The translations under genes and the position numbers were made by a program. Shown here piece after piece: positions 1-10,190 of a DNA stretch of 64,000 nucleotides (position 1 is its first letter; each line of letters opens with the position of its first letter). This DNA comes from an uncultured Verrucomicrobiota bacterium. Its GTDB lineage: Bacteria; Verrucomicrobiota; Verrucomicrobiia; Limisphaerales; SXQI01. The DNA lies in contig CAYZKY010000007.1 in assembly GCA_964478815.1 (NCBI GenBank), positions 14,512 to 78,511 on the forward strand, in the 5' to 3' direction. The notes beneath the pieces were generated by a model. It was not told the DNA's origin, ran no database searches, and worked only from the letters and a program-made list of their open reading frames with translations.

Positions 1-150
1 CCGTTCGTTTAAGGCCGTCTTTGCTGGGTTTCGGCGCGGTCGCTGGATGAAAGTCCGTTTGTCAATCCCGTACTTCTCTCAGGCGTACAAGTACGGGGTA
101 TCGGAAAAACAACACTCCTCTATGGTCGAAATTACCAAGATAGGAGGGTA

Positions 151-3100
151 GTGCGATTTATGACAACGACCAGTCCAGCAACCGTGTTGCCCCCCTTAAT
201 GAACCTCGTCGCTGTGCATCCTATGAAACGAAGCTTCCTCATCGCCCTGAGCCTCTCCCTGGCCGGATTCATCCCGTTTGCGGCAGAGTCGGCAGACGAA
301 ATCGCCGCGCCGCTCAACCTCGTGGAGCGGGACTGGCACGAGTCCCGCTGGGAGTTTACCTCGCCCGGGGTGGATGGAGCAGGCCAGCCGGTCGTCCTCA
401 CGCATGCGTTTACCGAACTCGCCACGGGATTGAATCGTTGGGATGCTTCCACTGGAGCGTTCGTGCCCGCTTCGGCGGCCTTCGGCCTGGAAGCGGGTCA
501 GGCCGTGGTGCGCGGGGCGCAGTATGGCCTGCGAGTCCGAGCCAACGCCGACGATATCGACGGCGTGGTCGATGTCACGCTGCCGGATGGCCAGCGGCTC
601 CTGCTGCAAACGGTGGGGATTGCGCTCACCGATCCCGACAACGGACGGAGCATCTTTCTGGGCGAGGTGCGGGAAAGCATCGGCATTCTCGCCGACGATC
701 ACACGGTCATTTATCCCTCGGCGTTTAGCGGCTACGAAGCCGATATCCGCGTGACCTCCCGTCTGGATGGGTTTGCGAGCGACGTCCTCCTGCGCGAGGC
801 CATCGACCGCCCAGCCGTGCTCGCGCACGGCCTGGACCCCGACAAGGTCCGGCTGGAAGTCTGGCATCAAGTGCTGGTCAATCCCCAGCCCCGAGTCGAG
901 GGCAGTCCGCTCGAACGGCTCGACGGGCGGAACGATTCGGATCAACTCATCGATTTTGGCTCGATGCGCATGGCGCTCGGCAAAGCCTTCGCGTTCGGCA
1001 ATGAGGCGGCGAACGTTTCTGACACTCTTTCAGTCGCTAAGGAGTGGGTGCGGATCGACGGTTTGGATTTTCTCATCGAGAGCATCCCGTTTGCCGAAGC
1101 CGAAATGCAATTGGAGGCTCTGCCGCCCCGGGCCGAGGCGCGTCTCGTTCCGCGCGACCGGCTGGACCGGGCCTTCGCGAGCGCACGCCAAGGGCGGCGC
1201 AGCCGGCCAGTTTCCCTGGCCACGGCGACGCGGACGGAGACAAGACCGAAGACTTTCGCCAGCGTCGCTCGCGGTTCAGCCCGCCCTGGCTCCGCCTATG
1301 TCATCGATTACGACCTGCTTTCGGTGACGACCAACATGACGCTCAAGGGGGATACGACCTACTACGTCTCCAGCGCGGTTAACCTGGCCGGGAACACGAT
1401 TCTGGAGGCGGGCTGCGTCGTAAAGTTTACCAACCAACCGGCGGCTACGGTTGGGATTACCATCTGGGACACCTTCGAGTGCAACACCGTGCCATATTGT
1501 CCGGCGGTCTTCACCGCCAAGGATGATAACTCGGTCGGGGAGCCCATCCCGGGCAGTTCCGGCAGCCCGAGCGGCACGTACGCCTTGTACAACCTGGCCT
1601 TCGCTCACAGCTCGACCAACACCGCCGCGATCCAGCTCCACGACTTCCGGAGCAGCTACGGCGTGAGCGGCGTTCACATCGCCCGGCGCACGGGGACAAG
1701 CGAGATTTGGAACGCGCAGATTCAGGACTGCCAGAACGGCATCGACCTCGCCCGTGCAGATGTGACCGTGCGCAATGCGCTCATCCGGGAGGTGACCTAT
1801 GCCTTCCTCTTCGAGGGTTCAAGCGTCAGCAAGAATGCCGACGGGGAGCATGTCACGATTCACGACGCGAACAAGATTCATCACTTGACCGCGAGTTCCT
1901 CGAGTTGCACCACAGATCTGACCAACTCTCTCGCGACGATCATCGCCGCCAGCTCCTCCGCCGGGCTCTCCACGAACAACACCTATGTCTTTACCAACGA
2001 CCCGGGCCTCTACCTGAGCGTGACCAATGGGGCGCACTACCTGGCGGCCGGGAGCGCCTACCGGGATGTGGGAACGTCGGGCCTCTCCTCGCGTATGCTC
2101 TCCATCCTGCCGTTGACGACGACCTACGCCCCCACGCCTCTGACCTCCAATTTTGCCGCCGATACGACCCTCGCCCCGACGGTGCAGCGGGACACGGACA
2201 CGCCGGACCTGGGCTACCATTACTACCCGCTCGATTATCTCTGGGGCGGGCTCACCATCTCCAACAGCGTCACGGTGCTCTTGACCAACGGGGTCGCGGT
2301 GGGTGTGTTCGGGGCGGACGCTACCTTCCTCGACGACGGGGCCAAGGTGGTGTCGGAAGGCACTCCGGCCAATCTCAATCGAATCGTGACGCTGGTCACG
2401 GTGCAGGAACAGCCCACGACTTTGACGCCCACCAACACTTATCTGGCGCTCTTCAACAATCTGTCCGCGTCCTTCACCAACGCGAGCGAAGTGAACGCCA
2501 GATTTACGGAGGTGGCCGTGCTGGGTGCGGACGAGGACTACCGAGCCGTTCAGGGGAGCGGGGGCAAGCGGAGCGTAACCTTCGCCCATTCTGTCCTTCG
2601 GAATGCATACCTGGCCAATTACACGCTCCTCACGAATGCCTCCTCGGCGTTGCACCTGACCAACTCGCTTCTGGAGCGGGTGCTCATGGAGAACACGCAG
2701 TACAGCGGGACGAATGTCTACAACGTCTCCCTGTCCCTCTGGAACAATCTCTTCCGACAGGGGCGCAACCGGTTCACTTATGCCGACACGAGCAGTACCT
2801 GGTCGGTCTACGACAATCTCTTCGTGCTCTGCACGACCCCAGAGACGCTCATGGGGGCGAACAAGGTGCCGAACGATTACAACGCCTGGTACTCGACGGC
2901 GGCGCTCAGCACGACCGGGCTCAGCAACAAGACTTTGCTAAATATCGATTTCGTGGCCGGGCCGCTCGGACCATACTACTACCCCACAAGCAGTACCAAT
3001 CTCTACTCTCTGGTCAACGCGGGCAGCCGCAACGCCACCAATGCCGGGTTGTACCATTTCACCACGCATACCAACCAGACCAAGGAAGCCAGCTCGGTCG

Positions 3101-3312
3101 TGGACATCGGCATGCACTACGTCGCCGTCGATACCGGACAGTTGCCGAGTCTGGTGCCGCAGGACGCGGACAGCGACGGCCTGCCGGATTACCTCGAAGA
3201 CCGCAACGGCAACGGCACGGCGGACACCGGCGAAACCAATTGGCAGGACGCCAACGATTTCGGGCTGAACGTGTTGATTACGCAACCGAAGGCCAACAGC
3301 AGCGTGCCATAA
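151..3312 (+). CDS. large secreted repeat protein (beta-helix-like), function unknown
   Basis: 1053-aa ORF. An internal Met at 223 starts a signal-peptide-like MKRSFLIALSLSLAGFIPFAAESA. Long T/S/N/G-rich segments resemble parallel beta-helix surface proteins. C-terminal Asp-rich DADSDGLPDYLEDRNGNGTADTGE (thrombospondin-type-3-like Ca-binding pattern). Stops 30 nt before the RHS gene. Confidence 0.6.
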   Translation: MRFMTTTSPATVLPPLMNLVAVHPMKRSFLIALSLSLAGFIPFAAESADEIAAPLNLVERDWHESRWEFTSPGVDGAGQPVVLTHAFTELATGLNRWDASTGAFVPASAAFGLEAGQAVVRGAQYGLRVRANADDIDGVVDVTLPDGQRLLLQTVGIALTDPDNGRSIFLGEVRESIGILADDHTVIYPSAFSGYEADIRVTSRLDGFASDVLLREAIDRPAVLAHGLDPDKVRLEVWHQVLVNPQPRVEGSPLERLDGRNDSDQLIDFGSMRMALGKAFAFGNEAANVSDTLSVAKEWVRIDGLDFLIESIPFAEAEMQLEALPPRAEARLVPRDRLDRAFASARQGRRSRPVSLATATRTETRPKTFASVARGSARPGSAYVIDYDLLSVTTNMTLKGDTTYYVSSAVNLAGNTILEAGCVVKFTNQPAATVGITIWDTFECNTVPYCPAVFTAKDDNSVGEPIPGSSGSPSGTYALYNLAFAHSSTNTAAIQLHDFRSSYGVSGVHIARRTGTSEIWNAQIQDCQNGIDLARADVTVRNALIREVTYAFLFEGSSVSKNADGEHVTIHDANKIHHLTASSSSCTTDLTNSLATIIAASSSAGLSTNNTYVFTNDPGLYLSVTNGAHYLAAGSAYRDVGTSGLSSRMLSILPLTTTYAPTPLTSNFAADTTLAPTVQRDTDTPDLGYHYYPLDYLWGGLTISNSVTVLLTNGVAVGVFGADATFLDDGAKVVSEGTPANLNRIVTLVTVQEQPTTLTPTNTYLALFNNLSASFTNASEVNARFTEVAVLGADEDYRAVQGSGGKRSVTFAHSVLRNAYLANYTLLTNASSALHLTNSLLERVLMENTQYSGTNVYNVSLSLWNNLFRQGRNRFTYADTSSTWSVYDNLFVLCTTPETLMGANKVPNDYNAWYSTAALSTTGLSNKTLLNIDFVAGPLGPYYYPTSSTNLYSLVNAGSRNATNAGLYHFTTHTNQTKEASSVVDIGMHYVAVDTGQLPSLVPQDADSDGLPDYLEDRNGNGTADTGETNWQDANDFGLNVLITQPKANSSVP

Positions 3313-3342
3313 CTCTCAACCTTTAGCCGGAAAACCTGACCT

Positions 3343-6300
3343 ATGAAGCTCTTGAAAACTCTTGTGGCCCTGGCCCTCGGACTTGGCCTGCATACCACGC
3401 AAAGCAGTGCCGCCATTGCGGGGGCAGTGGATTCAGTGACCAGCGCCGAAACGCTGCTCGGCGCGCAGCCCGTCGTTTTCTTCCCGGCGGTGCCGGTCGG
3501 CGTCGACACGCCGAATTCCGCGGAATCTGACGCCGTCGTCGCCGTCCTGAGTCAGGCAGCCACGCTTGCTCCCTTCGAAGCGGTCGCCGCTTGGGAATCG
3601 TATCTGGAAAAGAATCCCGGTTCACCCTACGCCGCCTCGGTGCATGCCCAAGTAGGCAAGCTCTGTCGCGATCTCGGTTACTACACCCGGGCGCTGCGGC
3701 ATTACGAAGAAGCGTGGAACCTCTCGTTCGACGCACCGCCGGGACCGGGCAAGCAGGTGGCCGACTTTGCCTTGGCGCACTGGATGAGCCTCCTGTCGCG
3801 CCTGGGCCGGGTCGACACGCTCAAGGGTCTCTTTGCGGAAACGGGCGGAAGAGAGTTGGACGGCGGTGAATTGTCGCAGATGTATCTGACGGCGATGGAG
3901 GCGACCACCATGATGATCCGACGCCCGGAAATCGGCTTCCGCTGCGGGACCTTCGCGCTGGACAACCTCAGCCTTGTGGTCAATGGCCGGCGGGAACCGA
4001 GATCCGCCTTCGACGCCGCGTCCTCCCCGGAGGGCTTTACCCTGAAAGAGTTGCTGGAAAAGGGCGGGGAGTGGAATCTGGAACTCGCCGCCGTGCGTGC
4101 GACCGGGGGAATAATCCCCGTGCCGTCGGTCATCCACTGGAAGGAAAACCACTACGCCGCGATTCTGGAACGGAACGGCACCAATTACCTCGTGGCCGAT
4201 CCCACCTTCGGCAGCCGCCAGGTGCTTGCCGAGGCAGTCATTCTGGAAGGAGCCAGCGGCTATTATTTGATTCCGAGCAACGATCTGCGCCCGGGCTTCG
4301 AACGGATCGATCTGACGCTCGCGCAACGCATCTCCGGCAAAGGCGGACCCAATGTCATTCCCGACGGCGAAAACCATAACTGCAACCCTCCCCCGGGCGT
4401 TTGCTGCCCCCGGCGAGGTGGCGGCGGCGGCGGGAGTAGTGGCGGCAGTACAGGAGGGAGCACCGGGGGCAGTACGGGTGGCAGCACCAACGGCGGCAGT
4501 GGCACGGGCGGCAGCGACGACGGCTCTGAGCACATCATCATCAACGATCCGCCGGGCAGCGGCGCGGAAAAAACCGGCTACAACGGTGGAGGCTGCGATT
4601 ACTGCGGCATGGCCGGATGGTGGGTGGATGAGCCCTTCATCACGCTTTGGTTAAAGGATATTCCGCTCTGGTACCAGCCGAGCCGCGGTCCCCAAGTCGA
4701 AGTCGAAGCGACCTACAAGCAGCGGACCGGGGAAGAGGAAAAGACGGCCACTTTTCCGCGCTTCAGCCTCGGGCAACACTGGAACCTGAAATGGATGTCG
4801 TTCATTGAGGTAACCAGCGTCGATCTCAAAGCCCATGTCGGGGGCGGTGTCCTGACCTTCCCGGACGACGACAATTCCACGATCCAATACGACTTGAACG
4901 CGCGGCTGGAAAACCTGACTTCGGGGGGAACGAACTTGGGCTATGTCATCCATTACGCCGATAGTTCCTACGACAACTACACGAACATGGTTACGCAGAA
5001 CAGCTCGAAGCAAGCCGCTTATTTGACGACCCGGGTGGACCGGTACGGCAACGCCACCAGGTTTCAGTATCGGTCGCGCAGTTCCAACGCCGATCCAGTC
5101 ATTCTGACCAACGTCGTGGATATAGACGGGAAAAACACGTCCATCACCTACGATGCAACTTTCACCAATCAAATCTCGCAAATCACCGACCCATTCGGCC
5201 GCACTGCGACGTTTACCTACAATGCCAGCGGGTTCCTGACCAACATCGCCGACACGGCAGGACTCAACAGCAGTTTCCTTTACGGAACCAATGGCTGGAT
5301 CACCAATTTGACCACCGCGCACGGGGTGACTTCCTTTGCCCACACGGGCGCCAATACCAATTATTACGCTTCGACCAATGCCGTCGATCGATCCATCGAT
5401 GTGACGCTTCCGACTTCCGGTCACCACGTCTTTGTCTATCGTGATTATGGCACCTCGTTCCTGCCGGACTATTACAGCGACACCAATCAAGTCCCGTCGA
5501 TCGATCCGTTCGGCAGCTTCGATACAAACAATATGGCGAACCGCAACAGTTGGCACTGGAGCCCACGGCAGTTCGCGAGTTTGTCCACGACGAACATCGC
5601 AAGCTTCAGCACCAACGACTACAACTTCGGGCATATGAAGCATTGGTTGCACAATTCCGCGGATGGAACCTACACGGTCGGGGACACGCTTTCGATGGAG
5701 CGCGCCCCGAGCACCGACGGAACCACCCTGGGTAAAATGACTTGGTACGATTATGAAACGAAGTACCCGCTCACCCCGTACGTGATCGGAGGCCAAAAGC
5801 TTCCTGGCGTGGTCCTCCAGGTCATGCCGGACGGAACGCAGTGGTACGAGATTCACAAGCGCGATACGTTCGGGCGCATCACGAATACGGTATCGACCTG
5901 GACGACCAACGGCTCGGTCGTGCTTCGCACCAACCAATTCATTTACGCGAACCACAATCTGGTCAAGGTCATCGATGCATACGGGGTGCCGGTTTCGAGC
6001 AATTTGTTTAACAGCTCCCGCCAGATAACCCACCATTTCAATTATTCGAACGAGTTGACGCGCTTTTTTTACAATGGGAGCTATCAGATCACCGGCATCG
6101 CATACCCGACAGGCTTGAGCATAACCAACCTGTTCTACCCAAGCGGGCCTAATGCCGGGTACTTGTCGGAAACCCGCCTGGTGGAAATCGGAGCAACCAA
6201 CAAGTTCGATTACACCAACGACCTGGTCTACGTGTTCACCGACTCGCGTGGCCTGCGCATCACCAACTACTACGATGCCTTGCGGCGGATCAAAGGCCAA

Positions 6301-9222
6301 TCCTACTCTTCGGATGGTGGCGGGGCGGGCACCGGCACAACGAACGTCTACGATGGATTGAATTTGGTTGCGTCAAAGGATCGGCTGCAAAAATGGTCTT
6401 ATTCTGACTACAATGGCATCGGACAGGTCACGTCCGTGACGAATGCCATCGGCACTATCACCGAAAATTCCTACTGCGCTTGCGGTTCGCTGGAGTGGGA
6501 AAAACGGGGATTCGGACTCTCCGGGTTGGAGCAGCAAACCTCCTACACCTACGACTCCCGCGGCCTTCGCACTAAAATCACCTACCCGGATGGCACCGCC
6601 GTGACGAATGTCTACGATTCGATTGGACGGCTGACGGAAGTGAAAAGAGGAACCGGGACGGACACGTATGTCTACGGCCACCAAGGACTGTTGTTGCAGG
6701 TGAGCAACAGCACCGGTCAGATTTTGAAGATGGAATACGATGCGAACGACCGGCTGGTGTACCAGGTCGACCAGAACGGAGTAGTCACGACGAACGCATA
6801 CGACAAGCTGGGCCGGCTCATGGCACGCGGGCAGCCCAATAGCGGCGGTGTCGAATCGTTTTACTACTCGGCTCGGGGCCTCAGCAATTACGTCAATCAA
6901 CTCGCGAACAGTTTGTACTTTGCCTACGACACGCTCGGCCGGAAAATAGCCGAAACCAACGCGAACAGCGAAGTGACCCGCTTCGGTTACAACGAGTCGG
7001 GGGATCTCCGCACCCTTACGAACGGGCTGAACAACGTGGTGGCGTGGGGCTACGACACGGAAGGGCAGGTGACGAGCAAAACCAACGCCGCCGCGCAACA
7101 AATCCTGCGCTACAGCTACAACGCCAACGGCTGGCTTACGAATCGCTGGTCCACGACGAAGGGAGACACGGCCTACACGTACAACGATATTGGACTCGTG
7201 ACGGCGGTGAACTACCCGTCCAGCACGGATCTTTCGTTCGGCTACGACGCCCTCGGGCGGCTCACGAATCAGGTGGACGCTGCGGGGACCAGCCGTTATA
7301 CGTATACCGCAATGGACCTGCTCGCCAGCGAGGACGGGCCGTGGACAAACGATACGGTGGCTTTGGGCTACACGGACCGGTTGCGGACATCACTTTCGCT
7401 GCAACAGCCAGGCGCGCCCTCTTGGGCGCAGTCCTATTCTTGGGATGCGGGCCGCCGCCTCGCCACCGTCGGAATGCCTTCGGGCACTTTCACCTACGGC
7501 TACTCCGGTGCGAGTGCGCTGGTCACAAATCTCGCCTTGCCGAATACGTCCGCCATCACCAATCTCTTCGACAGCACCGCGCGGTTGACCGGCACGTATC
7601 TGAAAAAGAACACCGGCACGATCCTGAACTCGCATGTCTACGGTTACAATGTCGGGCATCAGCGGACGAATGTGACGCATACGCCTGGGAACTACACCCG
7701 GTACGCCTACGACAATCTGGGCCAGCTTACGGAAGCGAAGGGATTCGAGAGCGGCGGGAGCAACCGGGGCCACGAGCAGTTTGGCTACGGGTACGACGCG
7801 GCGAACAACCTGGCGCTCCGCACGAATAATTTGGCGGCGGCGGACAAACTGGTGGAGACTTTTAGCGTGGGGAGCGACAACCAGTTGTCGAGCATCATCC
7901 GCACCGGAAAGCTAACCGTTTCCGGCACGACGAGCAGCAACGCCACGAGCGTGACGGTGAATGGTTCCTCGGCGACGCTCTACGGGGACTTCACCTTCGC
8001 GAAGGACGGCTTCACGATCACGAATGGGAACAACGCGTGGACGGCCATCGGGCAGGACGGCCTGGGGCGGAAGAGCACGAACACGGTGGCGGTGACCTTC
8101 GCCGCGCCTGCGTCTTTCACCTACGACGGCAACGGGAACCTGACGAGCGACGGGTACCGCGCCTTCACCTACGACGACGAGAACCAGCTCGCCTCGGTGC
8201 TGGTGACGAACCAGTGGAAGAGCGAGTTCACCTACGACGCGCAGCTTCGCCGCCGGGTGAGGAAGGAATACGTCTGGAACGGGGCGTGGGCGCTGGCTGA
8301 GGAGGTGCGCTATGTCTGCGACGGCATGCTGGTATTGCAGGAGCGAGACGGGAGCAACGTGCCGCGCGTGACCTACACGCGGGGGCGCGACCTCGCGGGG
8401 AGCCTGCAGGGGGCGGGAGGCATCGGGGGGCTGCTGGCGCGGACGGACCGGTCGTCGGGGCTCGTGGCCTATTACCACGCGGACGGAAACGGGAACGTGA
8501 CGATGCTGGCGAATGCGCAGCAGGCTCCGGTGGCGAGGTATTCGTACGATCCCTATGGCAACACGATCACGCGCTCGGGGCCGCTGGCGGAGGCGAATCT
8601 CTACCGGTTCTCCAGCAAGGAGGCGCATGCGAAGACGCCGCTTTACTACTATGGCTATCGGTTCTACGAGCCGAATTTGCAGCGATGGCTAAATCGCGAT
8701 CCGCTGGGGGAAAAAGGAAGCCCCAACCTGTTCCAGTTTGCCGGTAACAATTCAATCGAGTTTGTCGATTCATATGGCGAGTACCTTGAGGGCATAGTGC
8801 GTCCCATCCTGGAACCAATAGTCCGTCCTGTTCCAACAATTCCGGCTCCCCCAATGCCGCGTCCCGTCCCTGTCACACCGACTCCGATCACGCCCTACCC
8901 ACCCGGGAGTCCGCCGAGTGCAGTGTTCCCGCAACCGAATCCTCCAAAGCCATTCCCAGCACCAAAACGACCGCCGGTGTGTTCAACAAAGCCGGTACCG
9001 CCATCACAGCCGAATCCGGACATACCCACCGAGGACCCGTGCCAGAAAGAATGGAGGCAAGCATATGAAGATTGCGACAGGCTGCTGTCGAGCATCAACC
9101 CTGGGCCAGCTACAGGCGGGTATAGGAATAGAGACGACTGTGCTCGCGGCTTGGTATCAGAAGCCTGCGGCGGGAACAAAATAGAGTGGCGAAAACCGCG
9201 CCGGCCAAGGATTTATCTATAA
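3343..9222 (+). CDS. RHS/YD-repeat polymorphic toxin with signal peptide, TPR stretch and C39-like cysteine peptidase module
   Basis: 1959-aa ORF with MKLLKTLVALALGLGL signal. FRCGTFALDN plus IHWKENHYAAILERNGTNYLVADP gives the Cys/His pattern of C39-type peptidases. Many YD repeats (YTYDSRGLRT, FGYDALGRLT, YAYDNLGQLT). RHS core end YYHADGNGNV..YSYDPYGN..YGYRFYEPNLQRWLNRDPLGEKG..NLFQFAGNNSIEFVDSYGE is followed by a variable C-terminus. Confidence 0.92.
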   Translation: MKLLKTLVALALGLGLHTTQSSAAIAGAVDSVTSAETLLGAQPVVFFPAVPVGVDTPNSAESDAVVAVLSQAATLAPFEAVAAWESYLEKNPGSPYAASVHAQVGKLCRDLGYYTRALRHYEEAWNLSFDAPPGPGKQVADFALAHWMSLLSRLGRVDTLKGLFAETGGRELDGGELSQMYLTAMEATTMMIRRPEIGFRCGTFALDNLSLVVNGRREPRSAFDAASSPEGFTLKELLEKGGEWNLELAAVRATGGIIPVPSVIHWKENHYAAILERNGTNYLVADPTFGSRQVLAEAVILEGASGYYLIPSNDLRPGFERIDLTLAQRISGKGGPNVIPDGENHNCNPPPGVCCPRRGGGGGGSSGGSTGGSTGGSTGGSTNGGSGTGGSDDGSEHIIINDPPGSGAEKTGYNGGGCDYCGMAGWWVDEPFITLWLKDIPLWYQPSRGPQVEVEATYKQRTGEEEKTATFPRFSLGQHWNLKWMSFIEVTSVDLKAHVGGGVLTFPDDDNSTIQYDLNARLENLTSGGTNLGYVIHYADSSYDNYTNMVTQNSSKQAAYLTTRVDRYGNATRFQYRSRSSNADPVILTNVVDIDGKNTSITYDATFTNQISQITDPFGRTATFTYNASGFLTNIADTAGLNSSFLYGTNGWITNLTTAHGVTSFAHTGANTNYYASTNAVDRSIDVTLPTSGHHVFVYRDYGTSFLPDYYSDTNQVPSIDPFGSFDTNNMANRNSWHWSPRQFASLSTTNIASFSTNDYNFGHMKHWLHNSADGTYTVGDTLSMERAPSTDGTTLGKMTWYDYETKYPLTPYVIGGQKLPGVVLQVMPDGTQWYEIHKRDTFGRITNTVSTWTTNGSVVLRTNQFIYANHNLVKVIDAYGVPVSSNLFNSSRQITHHFNYSNELTRFFYNGSYQITGIAYPTGLSITNLFYPSGPNAGYLSETRLVEIGATNKFDYTNDLVYVFTDSRGLRITNYYDALRRIKGQSYSSDGGGAGTGTTNVYDGLNLVASKDRLQKWSYSDYNGIGQVTSVTNAIGTITENSYCACGSLEWEKRGFGLSGLEQQTSYTYDSRGLRTKITYPDGTAVTNVYDSIGRLTEVKRGTGTDTYVYGHQGLLLQVSNSTGQILKMEYDANDRLVYQVDQNGVVTTNAYDKLGRLMARGQPNSGGVESFYYSARGLSNYVNQLANSLYFAYDTLGRKIAETNANSEVTRFGYNESGDLRTLTNGLNNVVAWGYDTEGQVTSKTNAAAQQILRYSYNANGWLTNRWSTTKGDTAYTYNDIGLVTAVNYPSSTDLSFGYDALGRLTNQVDAAGTSRYTYTAMDLLASEDGPWTNDTVALGYTDRLRTSLSLQQPGAPSWAQSYSWDAGRRLATVGMPSGTFTYGYSGASALVTNLALPNTSAITNLFDSTARLTGTYLKKNTGTILNSHVYGYNVGHQRTNVTHTPGNYTRYAYDNLGQLTEAKGFESGGSNRGHEQFGYGYDAANNLALRTNNLAAADKLVETFSVGSDNQLSSIIRTGKLTVSGTTSSNATSVTVNGSSATLYGDFTFAKDGFTITNGNNAWTAIGQDGLGRKSTNTVAVTFAAPASFTYDGNGNLTSDGYRAFTYDDENQLASVLVTNQWKSEFTYDAQLRRRVRKEYVWNGAWALAEEVRYVCDGMLVLQERDGSNVPRVTYTRGRDLAGSLQGAGGIGGLLARTDRSSGLVAYYHADGNGNVTMLANAQQAPVARYSYDPYGNTITRSGPLAEANLYRFSSKEAHAKTPLYYYGYRFYEPNLQRWLNRDPLGEKGSPNLFQFAGNNSIEFVDSYGEYLEGIVRPILEPIVRPVPTIPAPPMPRPVPVTPTPITPYPPGSPPSAVFPQPNPPKPFPAPKRPPVCSTKPVPPSQPNPDIPTEDPCQKEWRQAYEDCDRLLSSINPGPATGGYRNRDDCARGLVSEACGGNKIEWRKPRRPRIYL
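4417..4515. repeat. imperfect 12-nt coding tandem repeat (Gly/Ser/Thr linker) inside the RHS gene
   Basis: Units of the form GGN GGC AGY ACN encode GGGGGSSGGSTGGSTGGSTGGSTNGGSGTGGS. Confidence 0.7.
8783..9219 (+). other. RHS C-terminal variable (putative toxin) region: Pro-rich spacer plus six-Cys terminal domain
   Basis: Lies downstream of DPLGEKG..VDSYGE. Contains PVPTIPAPPMPRPVPVTPTPITPYPPGSPP, then PVCSTKP..PCQKEWRQAYEDCDRLLS..DDCARGLVSEACGGNKIEWRKPRRPRIYL. I recognise no family. Confidence 0.5.
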
Positions 9223-9234
9223 CGTATCCTAAAC

Positions 9235-9732
9235 TTGATGAATGATAACTCAGACACTCTTAGGCGCGTCGACTCCCTAGTAAGGAACGGTGACTGCGAC
9301 ACTGCGAAGGCTCTGTTGGACGGTCTGTTGACGAACGATCCAAACTGCGTTCAGGCTCTGGCCAAGCGCGCCTACGTGCATGATTCCGCGGGGCGGGTCG
9401 AAGCCGCCATACGCGATGTGTCAGCAGCTATCGCGATTTGTGATTCAGAGCCCGCGCTCTTCGACAAACGAGCACGTCTCTTGTTTCGCGCACAACTCTA
9501 CCGGGACGCAGTCGCAGATTGCACACGCGCGTTGGCTCTCTGCGACCAACATCAGAATGATTACTACCGAGCGCCAGCACATTTCTTGCGTGCAGATGCT
9601 TACATCCGGCTGAAAGACTTTAATCGCGCAACTGACGATTTGGCACTGGTGCCGGACGGTCATACCGCTTGGACGGATCGGCTCAGAAACAAAACTGAAT
9701 TAGTTGCGGATTGCCGCAAGTCGAGTTGTTAA
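9235..9732 (+). CDS. TPR-repeat protein, candidate RHS immunity protein
   Basis: 165-aa ORF starting 12 nt after the RHS stop. All-helical TPR-like repeats (ALAKRAYVHDSAGRVEAAIRDVSAAIAI, YRAPAHFLRADAYIRLKDFNRATDDL). The immunity call rests only on position. Confidence 0.55.
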   Translation: MMNDNSDTLRRVDSLVRNGDCDTAKALLDGLLTNDPNCVQALAKRAYVHDSAGRVEAAIRDVSAAIAICDSEPALFDKRARLLFRAQLYRDAVADCTRALALCDQHQNDYYRAPAHFLRADAYIRLKDFNRATDDLALVPDGHTAWTDRLRNKTELVADCRKSSC

Positions 9733-9851
9733 GCAACGGCGGAGGCATCTACATGCATGCATCGCGCTACGCGTACAACAAACTCGGGCATAAAGGGGTC
9801 AAACCATAGCATTGGCTGGACAGTTTCGGGTCCGCGGGCGTCACTCGCCGG

Positions 9852-10190
9852 ATGCCGCGCAAAATCAGGGTCCAATATCCGGGCGCGATCTATCATGTGA
9901 TGAGCCGTGGAGATCGCCGCGAGGACATTTTCCTGGATGATGTGGATCGCCACGACTTCCTCAAGACGCTGGCCGAGGCTTGCCAGAAAACGGGGTTTCA
10001 GGTCCATGCCTATTGCCTCATGTCGAATCATTTCCATCTCGTGGTGGAGACGCCGAACGCCAACCTCGTGGACGGGATGCGCTGGCTCCTCAGTGCCTAT
10101 ACGATTCGGCTCAATCATCGGCACAAGCTCTTCGGCCACGTATTCAGCGGGCGTTACAAAGCGCTGAGCGTGGACGGCATCGTGATCTGA
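9852..10190 (+). pseudogene. REP-associated/IS200-like Y1 (HUH) transposase-like gene, N-terminal half only
   Basis: MPRKIRVQYPGAIYHVMSRGDRREDIF..AYCLMSNHFHLVVETP..FSGRYKAL, then a stop before the expected YxHLNP segment. Confidence 0.75.

Noticed and set aside
4417-4515. G-rich short tandem repeat, considered as a possible CRISPR-like, G-quadruplex or phase-variation tract
   Set aside because: It is in frame within the RHS gene and encodes a Gly/Ser/Thr linker. The units are 12 nt and imperfect, and there is no spacer structure. Length variation is possible but would stay in frame.
4651-6300. 549-aa minus-strand ORF inside the RHS gene. Similar long shadow ORFs occur at 1707-3326 (+), 196-945 (-), 31695-32927 (+), 32389-33216 (-), 39852-41042 (-), 53143-53685 (+), 62767-63966 (+) and 63080-63874 (-).
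   Set aside because: All lie fully inside or antisense to genes with strong motif support, have low-complexity Arg/Gly/Pro/Val-rich translations and no recognisable motifs. They are expected artefacts of high GC.
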